A stretch of 64,000 nt of DNA from Isurus oxyrinchus (taxonomy: Eukaryota). This document shows, piece by piece, positions 54,154-64,000 of the stretch (its first letter is position 1; each line of letters starts with the position of its first letter). The DNA lies in assembly GCA_026770705.1 (NCBI GenBank), contig JANJGN010000140.1, positions 124,001 through 188,000 on the forward strand, read 5' to 3'. A program made the translations under genes and the position numbers. The notes beneath the pieces are model-generated. The model did not search any database. It had not been told where the DNA came from and worked only from the letters and a program-made list of their open reading frames with translations.

Positions 54154-55410
54154 ATAGAATCATAGAATTCTTACAGCGCAGGAAGATGCCATTCGGCCAC
54201 TCCTGTCCGTGCTAACCCTCTGAAGGAGTAATTGACCTTGGGCCACAGCTTTCCCTGCAGTCCAGCATCTTTTTTTCTTTTCAGATAAGGATCCAGTTTC
54301 GTTTTGAAAGCATCAATTGTCCCTCAATCCACCACACTGTCAGGCAGTGCATTCCAGATCCTAACCACTCACTGCGTGAAATGTTTTTCCTCTTGTCTCT
54401 ATTGCTTCTTCTCCAGATTACTTTAAATCTGAGCCGTCTGGTTCTCAATCCTTCCACCAATGGGAACAATTTCTCCCTATCTACTCTGCCCCGGCCCTTC
54501 ATGATTTTTAATACCTGTATCAAATCTCCTCTAAACTTTTTCTCCTCAAACGAGATTAAAGCCAACTGCTCTACTCTTTATACATAACCGGAGTTCATCA
54601 CCCTTGAAACAATTTCCATGAACCTTTGCTGTGCCCTTTCTCATGCCTTCAAATTCTTCCAAAAATGTAGTGCCCGCAATTGGATGCAATTCTCCAGTTG
54701 AGGTCTAACCAGTGTGCCACACACGTTTAACATGACCTCTTTGCTTGTATACGCCTTTCCTCTGTTAATAAAGCTCAGGATGTTGCATGATTTATTAATC
54801 GCGTTCTTTCAACTTGTCCTGCCACCTTCAATAATTTACACACATTAACACCCAGGTCACTCGGCTCCTGCAGCCCCTTTGGAATCACACCCTTTCCTTT
54901 ATACTGTCTGTCTGCGTTCTTCCCACCAAAATTTCATCTGTCACTTGTCCGCCCTTTCCACCAACCTCTCGATGTCTTTTTGAAGTTCTACACTATCCTC
55001 CTCATGGCCCGCAATGCTTCCACATTTCACATCGTCCATATATTTTGACATTGTGCACTGTACACCAAGGCCCAGTTTATGAATAAATATTATGAAAAGT
55101 AGGCGTTGTAACACTGACCCTTGGGGAACTTCATTATAACCCTTCCCCGAGTCCGAAAAACAAACGTTCAAAACTACTCTTTGTTTCCTGGCACTCAGCC
55201 AGTTCCCAATCCATGATGTTACCGTCCATTTTATTCCAGTGAGCTCCAACTTTGCTCACAAGTCTGTTGTGCGGCATTTCATCAAATGTCTTTCGGAGAC
55301 CATGTAAACCACATCAAAAGCATTACCCTCATCAACCATCGCTGCTATGTCATCAAAAAACTCAAGCAAGTTAGTTAAACGTGATTTCCCTTAACAGATC
55401 CATGCTGGCT
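54154..55410 (-). mobile_element. CR1-type LINE
   Basis: [34 protein letters not shown]; TTAATG on both flanks (possible TSD). Confidence 0.88.
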
Positions 55411-56629
55411 TAATGGATCAAGAAACCACTTCTACTGATGTATCAGCTCATTACCTCCTGTGCGAACTTCCAATACTTATGGTGAAACTGTGGCAGATTA
55501 ACGTGGCTGATTTGCGCACTTTAAGGTCACGAGAAGAGCAAAGTGTCTCAATTCCTATTGATTAATTCTTGACGATCTTGTTTCAACCGAATAATGTGGA
55601 CCAAGGCGCACATTGTGGGAATGATGGGAGCTTTAATGACCAACTGAACCAGTGTGAAGTGGGGAGAGATTTTTTCTTCATGGAACCACCTGAAATATGG
55701 TGGCGGTGATTTTCTCCGATTCTTCAGGTGCTACAGAACCTCCGAGGTAGGAAAGATGGGATCTTAAGCTGAAATATGTGTGTGTGAGTGAACGCATCAT
55801 ACTTACTGACAAGTGAAGTCCACAAAGATAAATAACCATTGTTACCTATTATGTTCCAGATTTTATTTTATTGAAAATGTATTTGCTGTTCGTGTAATGT
55901 CATTAACATTGATTGAGAATACACTGAGGAATGCCCTTACCAAGGAATACCTCTGTTCCGAGAACTCTGTTGGAAAATGGACTAAATTATTCCAAGGATG
56001 GTGAGCATATACCCACCAGTCTCTGCGTTTCAGTGTTAAGTGCTTCGCTCAGCATTAAATAGAAGCTCCTGACATAAACGTTGAGAGTGTGATAAGTTTG
56101 GAAGTGATACTAACTATATCTGACATAAATTTACTCAGTTTTAAAATCCCGATTTATTATTTCCCTCACTTGGAAAAGAATGAAGCACTTTCTGCTCTCC
56201 AGCAAGTTCCACACTATTTCTGTTGTCACATTATTCCATCTTACCTCATTACATTCATCATTTCCGCCCCAATGCCCCATGCTCCAGAGCAATTTAAGTA
56301 GGACAACTGGACAGAGTCTGATCCATTATCAACGAAGGCATGATCTCCAGTGGGCATAAATTGCTGGGCTATGGGGAAACAGCATGTTCGTGGGGTGGAG
56401 GGGGCTGCGGGATGTGTGGTGGGGGTGGTGAGACAGCATGAGATAAATTCGATATATTTTTTAAAATGCTGGTACAATCCTGAGGAACTGAATGACGTCC
56501 TTCCCAGCCGGGAGCACGGGTTCATTCTAGAAGTCTATGACTTACTGGCTCAATCCAACACTTTTCATTTTGCATCTATACTTCATAAAAAGGAAAAGGA
56601 AAAAAAGTATATATATATATATATATGAT

Positions 56630-56930
56630 AGCACTTTTCACGATCACCGGAAGTCTGAGTGTTTTACAACCAAAAATGCACTTAGGATGTGTAATGACAG
56701 TTGTAATGTAGGAAACACCGCAGCCTGTTTGAGCACAGCAATCTCCCACAAACCGCAACATGATAATGACCAGGTAATCTGCGCCTCTGCGTATTTTAAA
56801 ATGTTTATTAACTGATAAATGCTAAGGCACCGGGGATAACTCCCTGCACTTCCAGATGGAATAGTACCATGGAATCTTTCACATCGACCTGAGAGGGCAG
56901 ACGGCCCCCAGTTTAATGTCAGAGGGGAAA
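56630..56930 (-). mobile_element. DeuSINE (SacSINE1-like)
   Basis: 'gttgtaatgtaggaaac..gcagcc', 'ccatggaatctttcacatcgacctgagagggcagacggcccc'. Confidence 0.7.
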
Positions 56931-57503
56931 GTGCTGCCAACTGAGCCAATGAATGAATATGAAATAAATAAATATAAATCCAGGCATCCAATTTTATACA
57001 TAGGTACATAGTTAAATCAGACTGAACCTGGCCCCAATGGTACCACAAACCCTAACGTAGAGTTCCGCTGGTAGCACAGGCACTGACTGTGGGTGTGATC
57101 TTGAACCTGACAACAGTACAGCTCCTTCACTGTGTGAGTAGTACTCTAAGATCCAATCAGGTTAATCAGAACTTCACAGTAATTCAAATGATTTGTGGAA
57201 CAACTAGCTCATTTCCTTAAACAAAAGAATATTCATTGGGCCTTGAATCGTTTCAGAATTGGAGACCATTAATAGACTGTGAAACAGCAGTCGTTTAGGA
57301 ATGGTGAAAGGGTTGAGGATTATTGATACAGTGAGAAACATCATTCAGTTGCAAGCTATCGATTGTATGGGGAAGTTGAAGGTTTGGAACTATCAATAGA
57401 TCAAATCATTAATAAATTGAAGCACAGCTGATGTTTATTAAACACAATCAATGGCAAAAATACCAAGAAATATAAATTGTTTTGCAATATGACAGCCTGC
57501 TAT

Positions 57504-58633
57504 TGTTATGAAAGTATAATAATTTAATAATATTTTTCTGGATTATAGTAAAGTAGGTTTATGGGAGTGAGTATGTTTGGTTCTGTCTTTGTGATTTAAA
57601 TACATTTGGAGTCAGATAGACTGCAAGCTTGGAATTATCAAAAGAAGCTAGGTGTAGAAATGTGTTTGAAATGCTAATGAATAAACATGGCGCTGGCTTA
57701 GTATGCAAGATGGGAAGGGAGTTTCCCTTTTTACATAAATGAAGGGAATGTATGGATTTTAAGTTCACAAGTAGCCAGCTAAGCAAGGCTAAGGAGTGTG
57801 TTTATTTTTTCCCAAAGGTTACTGATAATATTGGAACATGAATTTTTCTTTATTATGGGAAAGGTACCGCTCCAAAGTCATATGGAGCACTAGAATTTAC
57901 ATATTAAAGAGAGATAAAAATACATAAAGGAGAATGAAAGGCTACATGAGGCGAGGGCCATGTAAGATCTAACAGGAGTGTGTGAAACAGCCTTCAAGAA
58001 GCCTCCATCCTTTTGTGCATAAGCTGGCTCTGTTCAGTAACTGAAGTTGGAGCAAACCATTTACAATTCCACTGCCAAGTGATTACTGGGTTATCTTGCT
58101 GGTTTTCTTTGAAATTTAAAACCACCCCACCTGGGAGGGTGGTAGAGCTGGTTTGCCTCACATCCTTTAAAAAGTACCTGGATGAGCATTTGGCACGTGA
58201 CAACATTCAAGGCTATAGGCCAAGTGCTGGCAAATGGGATTAGGTAGGTCAGGTGTTTCTCATGTGTCCGTGTAGACTCGATGGGCCGAAGGGCCTCTTC
58301 TGCACTGTGTGATTCTGAAATTCTGTGATTCTATGATTTTGGACTGCTGCCTTAAAGGGGATATGTAACTGAGAGTCAGGTTAATTTAGAATTTTAGGAT
58401 TTGCTACAGTATTGTTTAATAGCAGTTGTATGTTTTTGAAATCTTTTATTTTGTCAATATATATTAACTTAATTTTTTAAATCTCTGAAAGCCTTAGTGG
58501 ACTCGTCACCTGTGAAGGCAGTTCACTCATCTTCTCATAATAATTACAAATTGAAAACCTTTGTGATGGCGTGACCACATTTCCCTTGTGGATTTGGTCC
58601 ACCTGGCCACATATCGTCTGCTACGCCATAACA
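57504..58633 (+). mobile_element. Possible solo LTR containing a CR1 3' end (58121-58335)
   Basis: Inverted termini TGTTATG...CATAACA; no clean TSD seen. Confidence 0.4.
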
Positions 58634-58989
58634 CATGGATCTGGAACTATCTCTCCATTTGTCTGTCACTGTTTCTGTCAGTTAGCACAACGAAAGTTAC
58701 TCCTGATAGTGGGATATTGAACATGAATGGCAATGTGCACAGAGCAGGTAGTTATCCTCGTTAAAGGTAGAGATCCTCTTCTGCAACGAGGGAGGGTCAA
58801 TTATGTATTAACGAACTCTGTGTTGTTTACCTAAAAACATTTCCCCAATATAATAATGACTATATTAATAACAATATTAATGATTTTGCCATAGTTTTGA
58901 ACATTCGCAAAGGGTTTCAAGTTATAAATTCAGAGCAGAAATTTGTATGGAAAGGTGATTACTGAATATTCCCACATTGATTTCTCGTT

Positions 58990-60411
58990 GACTGTCCACC
59001 AATATCCATTACAAGCCTACCGACTCTCACAGCTACCTCGACTACAGCTCCTCACACCCCGCTTCCTGTAAGGACTCCATCCCATTCTCTCAATTCCTTC
59101 TCCTCTGTCGCATCTGTTCTGATGATGCTATTTTCAAAAACAGTTCCTCTGACATGTCCTCCTTTTTCCTTAACGGAGGTTTTCCACCCATAGTGGTTGA
59201 CAGGGCCCTCAACCGTATCTGGCCCATCTCCCACGCATCCACCCTCACACCTTCTTCTCCCTCCCTGAAACATGATAGGGTCCCCCTTGTCCTCACTTAT
59301 CACCCCACCAGCATCCGCATTCAAAGGGTCATCCTCCACCATGTCCGCCAACTCCAGCATGATGCCACATCTTCCCTTCACCCCCACTGGTGGCATTCCG
59401 TAGGGATTGTTCTCTCCTGGTCCACTCCTCCATTCCTCCCTAGACCTCAACCCCCTCCCACGGCACCTTACCATGCAATAGCAGAAGGTGCAACACCTGC
59501 CCCTTTACTTCCCCTCTCCTCAGTGTCCAAGGGCCCAAACACTCCTTTCAAGTGAAGCAGCATTTCACTTGCACTTCCCTCAATATAGTCTACTGCATTT
59601 GCTGCTCCCAATGCGGTTTCCTCTACATTGGAGAAACCAAACGCAGACTGGGTGACCACTTTGCAGAACACCTTTGGTCTGTCCGCAAGTATTACCCAGA
59701 CCTCCCTGTCATTAACCATTTCAACACTCCACCCTGCTCTCATGCCCATATGTCCATCCTTGGCTTGCTGCATTGTTCCAGTGAAGCTCAATGCAAACTG
59801 GAGGAACAGCACCTAATCTTCCGACGAGGCACTTTACAGCCTTCTGGACTGAATATTGAGTTCAACAATTTTATATCATGAACACTTTCTCCATCCCCAC
59901 CCCCTTTCCGATTTTCCCCCTCCTTTTTGTTTTTTTCCAATAATTTATATAGATTTTTCTTTTCCCACCTATTTCCATTATTTTAAATGTATTTCCATCC
60001 ATTGTTTTATCTCTACCTTTTAGCCTATTTCGATCCCTTCCCCCTACCCCAACCCCACTAGAGATATTTGTACCTTGCCCGCCCTGCTTTCTACTCTTAA
60101 GTAGCACATTCCTTTAGATGATATCACCCCATTCAAAACCTCTTTGTCCTTCTGTCTGTGAAATCTTTTGGTTATCTCCACCGATCACTGGGCCTCTATC
60201 CAGCTCTTCTTGTCCAACCCCCCCACGCCAGCCCCCCAAACCAGCTTATATTTCACCTCTTTTCTATTTTTACTTAGTTCTGTTGAAGGGTCATTCGGAC
60301 TCGAAACGTTAACTGTGTTCCTCTCCACAGATGCTGCCAGACCTGCTGAGTTTTTCCAAGTATTTTTGTTTTTGTTTTGGATTTCCAGCATCCACAGTTT
60401 TCTGCTTTTAA
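58990..60411 (+). mobile_element. Penelope-like element, 5'-truncated and frameshifted
   Basis: Highly similar to 35874-36900; NIVYCICCSQCGFLYIGET (GIY-YIG). Confidence 0.92.
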
Positions 60412-60574
60412 TTTGTAATACCCATTGGATATATTTATTGTGACAATCGGTTTTCAATCAATATTTTGCTGTTAAGAAAGTCACAGTTCATGCACGGTTT
60501 TCCCGCAGTGTTCAGAGGGGTGGACTGCACCAGAATCACAGAGCAGCAAGAAATTACCAGGGAAATGTGAAAAA

Positions 60575-60952
60575 AATGTATGTATTCAACCATCTGCGTT
60601 GTTTCTGCTGTGGTTGAAATAATTTGGTTGAGGATATGCTGAGTGTTTTGTTGTACGTGAAAAGGCCGCATGTTGCACATGTTACAATCCCCGATCCTCA
60701 TCACAGTTATGAAGCCGCTTTCTAACTTTGAGATGAAGATGCAGCATCACCAGAAAAGGATCATCAACACCGCAGGGATATCTCCAGGTTGCACTTGGTG
60801 ACATTCAGCTCGTTAGTTGTCAACAGCCAAGGAAATGGAATGATCCAGAAAATCGGGAAGAACTGGAAGCTCCAGACAGACACAAATGGAAAAAAGGGCC
60901 TGGGGCAAGTTATGGAGCAGTGAATCGTAAAGGTGAAAATGTGGAACAGCAT
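60575..60952 (-). pseudogene. Putative decayed TCR-like V relic with RSS-like element
   Basis: NELNVTK..LEISLRC, LFW*, YNKTLSISSTKL in shifting frames; CACAGCA-22-ACATACATT at 60612-60575. Confidence 0.4.
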
Positions 60953-60996
60953 TTTTCAGGCACATCCACCCACACTCCGCCGATCCATTCATCCAC

Positions 60997-61094
60997 CTGA
61001 AGAAGATTCATACGGACTCTAAACCGTTAACACTGGTTCTCTCTCCACAGATGCTGTCAGACGTGCTGAGCTTTTCCAGCATTTTCTGTTTTTA
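60997..61094 (+). mobile_element. Short PLE 3'-end copy
   Basis: CTGAAGAAGATTCATACGGACTC followed by the family tail. Confidence 0.7.
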
Positions 61095-61271
61095 CATCCG
61101 TCCATCCATCCATCTCTCCAAACCCGATCTGTCCATCCGACCATCACTCCATCTGTCCACCCTCCATCTGTCTATTTATCCATCCACCCATCCGTCTTTC
61201 TAATCTATCTATCTGTTCGTTATCTGCTGTTCATTATGTTTCCATGGTCAACCATGAAATAATTGCTGCAG

Positions 61272-61563
61272 GAGTAAGTTCCGGAGGTTCAGTCGGACAG
61301 TGGTCAACAGAAGCCCAACAACTGGAAGGAATCTCGATGAGCATAAATTGCATCTATTCAACTTCCGACGTGAATTAATTTTCGCAGCTTCATCGTCAAA
61401 ACCAGAACCCGGCTCCAGCTTTCGAAATTCGGGCACATTCTTGTGGAAAGAACATTAAAGGTCGCTTTTCAGTCATTCGAAAAATACCCAATAATATAGC
61501 TGCTTCTACCTTGACTGGGCTTTAGGTCGCTGACAACCCCGTGTATTACTATGTGCTGAGACC
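61272..61563 (+). pseudogene. TCR V-alpha/V-delta-type V pseudogene
   Basis: Acceptor tgcag|; single frame GVSSGGSVGQWSTEAQQLEGISMSINCIYSTSDVN*FSQLHRQ...IKGRFSVIRK..STLTGL*VADNPVYYYVLRP; 2 stops, W41>L and C104>Y. Confidence 0.8.
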
Positions 61564-61602
61564 CTCTGTGAGAAAGGCCTCGGGGCAACTCGCACCATTG
61601 CC
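61564..61602 (+). promoter_or_regulatory. Degenerate 23-RSS of the TCR-like V
   Basis: CTCTGTG, exactly 23 nt spacer, ACCATTGCC, at the expected position. Confidence 0.65.
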
Positions 61603-61642
61603 GTGTTTTGTGAGATCAGCGAAAATAAGATTCATTAAATTC

Positions 61643-61659
61643 GGCCACCAGGTGGCGCA
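61643..61659 (+). promoter_or_regulatory. CTCF-binding motif
   Basis: GGCCACCAGGTGGCGCA matches the core CTCF consensus CCASYAGRKGGCRS. Confidence 0.7.
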
Positions 61660-62276
61660 TCAGGCAGCGGATTTCCATCACCTGACAGATACTTGCTTAA
61701 AAATACTTGAGGAGAAATTGCGTTTGATCTCGTATGTATGCCCATTAGTGTGACGTTTCCTTAGAGACCCATAATTGGGAAGTTTATTTCAGTGTTAATC
61801 AACAGCACAGCTCCAGTACATTGGGATGGGATGCCCAGTTGTTCTGTTCGCCACGACAGATTCAGCCCCTTGTTTTAACTGATTTCAACTATGAAAGTAT
61901 CTGTAATTACAGAATAATATAACAATCCTCTAATTCCTGTCGCTAGACTGTTTTGCCCAGATTTGAAATAACTAGGAACGTAACGCAGTCCTTACAGACC
62001 GGCGGAATTATATAATTTCTGTTGAGCGCATTAGTCTTGAATTCAGCTCATTTCGATAGATTTTACGAGTGACAACAGTGCCCGCGTCCGCCTCCCCCAT
62101 AGTTCTGTTCGTTTCTCTCGCTCTGACCTTCCTTGCCTTTCCTGTGATTTGGAAGGTATTTCCCACTGTTCCTGGTTTGACGTTGGTTGGATCAACAGTA
62201 CAGTGCGCTGGGGGTCTGCACTTCTGCCCTGACAGAGGATTTGGCGGACTGTAGAGTTACAGACTCAGGGAGCATC

Positions 62277-62868
62277 ATGGGGAATTACATCACACCCGGT
62301 CCTCGTCATTATATCACTTCTTAGTAAGTATTTCCTTCCCAGAAAAAATCCGTTCTCCCCCTGACTGCTGTAACCCACATGTTATTAATTGTAAGGTGAT
62401 GCTGCTGCTGATGAAGCTACTTGAAATAATTGTGACGATGATCCTGATAATGATGACATCTACTCAACTACTTTGTTAGGATGGAGCCATTCATTCACAG
62501 TGGTCGTGTCGGTTGCTGAAACGATGCCGAAGACGGCAGTAACACCAAGTGATCTGAATCTTGAAAACATATCTCCATAACCATACAAAGAGTCATACGG
62601 ACTCGAAACGTTAACCGTCTTCCTCTCTGCAGATGCTGTCAGACTTGCTGAGTTTTTCCAGCTACTTTTATTTTTGCTCCATAACCATTTGTTCTGGTAT
62701 AGTCAGCAGCCCGAGCAACATCCACAGCTCCCGAATAATCTGATCAGTGCGAATGAAAACAAGAAGACAGATATTGTTGGTCAATTCTCTTCTACACTCA
62801 ACAGAACTACCAAGAGAACGGAGTTGAGGCTTTAACTGCCACGCAGCCGAATATTTCTGTGCACAAGC
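62277..62868 (+). pseudogene. Second TCR V-alpha/delta-type pseudogene (leader 62277-62323, V exon from 62480), interrupted by a PLE fragment
   Basis: Frameshifted leader MGNYIT/VLVIISLL|GTAAGT; acceptor ttag|GWSHS; HLFWYSQQPEQHPQL...GQFSSTLNRTTKRTELRL.../AEYFCAQ; only a remnant RSS follows. Confidence 0.72.
62585..62676 (+). mobile_element. Short PLE 3'-end insertion with 12-bp TSD inside the V exon
   Basis: CTCCATAACCAT at 62573-62584 and 62677-62688. Confidence 0.88.
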
Positions 62869-64000
62869 CCCAGGGCAGAGATACGGCGGATCGCGGTCAA
62901 AATGCCAGAACGAGCGGCTCAGTTAATGCTCAGCAGAGGGCGCTCGAACACCGGGAAACAAGGGCAAATATTCAGCCTTGGTGTCAGATTCAGGCGGAGC
63001 TTCCTTAAAAGAGCAAGAAAACCGTAACATTTTGTTGGGCTATGACGTCCGAGCTCCAAGGCCGTGTAAGTGGAAGATACACCAAAGATGCGACGGGGAA
63101 CACTCTGCCCGGAGTTCCCAGGCAAGGTTTACACGGCAGTTGTCCGGGAAGTGGAAACTTCCCATGGGCAATTGCTCTGTACTGGGAACAAACAGAAAAT
63201 ACAATTTACATTGCAAACCTCGAATGGTTCCGACTGTCCGACATCAAGAGTTGCCCAGAAAAAGTTAGAATTAAAACCACTTCTAGCTTCTGGGTAACTT
63301 TGTACAGAGCCACACTGACGCCCACGAGTCTCCTTCCACAACCCCGAACTCCCAGGGACTCCCCCACCTCTCAGACTCGAACTCCCCCCACGGGACACCC
63401 CCAACCCCCGAACCCCCAGGGGACTCCCCGCACCTCACTCCTCTCAGCCGCCCAAACCCAGCTGCTCATATAAAGAAAGTCCAGCGAATTCAGTAAATAG
63501 ACGGAGAATTTCTCACCGCCTGGCAGCGGGGGATCCTGCGGATTGTAAACGGAAGAGGGAGACGGAGAGAAAGAAGCATAAATAAAAGCAGAAATGATAT
63601 AACTAGAGTTAAAAAATCCAGGCAGGAATCAGAAAAGGAGAGAGCGGGTTAAAATTATTGAATTGTGCGATGGCAGTAATTGAAAGGAAGATCTGAACAT
63701 TGTCCCTGTGCACGCGATGCCGCCTGCTCCACAGTGCATCGGCCCCACACTTTATACCGTGTGTTTAAAACCTGAACAATGTTCCGGTGACGGTGAGTGA
63801 AACCCCCTCCTTCCGCCGCCGCCTCCACCATCACCGTCGTATATTGGCTCAGTGCCTGTCTGGCCTCAATGATTAAAGGCTTGAGAGACCTACCTGGAAG
63901 ATCAGCGAATGAGGTCCCCATGGTGAATAATTTCAGTGCCGTCTGCTCTCACCAGTTAAAGATTTGAAACATTGAGCTGTGACAGGCAAATGTGTACCTA

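Noticed and set aside
56290-56580. TCR V-beta-like fragment (FILEVYDLLAQSNTFHFAS)
   Set aside because: Lacks both Cys and an RSS; cannot be separated from chance by eye
63330-63450. Pro/Thr-rich ORF tail
   Set aside because: Short C-rich degenerate repeat with no coding support

Overview
Eukaryotic (cartilaginous fish, shark-like) genomic DNA with two assembly gaps (7054-7199, 46785-46912). The left 14.6 kb holds an unrearranged cluster-type IgM heavy-chain gene on the minus strand: promoter, leader, VH, D1, D2, JH, CH1, CH2 and CH3, with intact splice sites and RSSs. CH4 and the secretory/TM exons lie off the left edge. The rest is rich in mobile DNA: CR1-group and RTE LINEs, DeuSINE-like SINEs, and Penelope-like elements with hammerhead-ribozyme-like motifs. 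There is also a ~16 kb 27/54-bp minisatellite with higher-order duplication. The main unexpected signal is missed by the ORF track: decayed TCR alpha/delta-type V pseudogenes at 61.3-62.9 kb, one with a 23-RSS and a near-perfect CTCF site just downstream. Weaker V-like relics are scattered across the window, including one ~2.3 kb from the IgM leader. This suggests a complete IgM cluster sitting in, or next to, a field of TCR V relics. The J-C intron also carries a G-rich, sense-strand, switch-region-like repeat. Family assignments are from motif recognition only; no database search was run, and many repeat boundaries are approximate.
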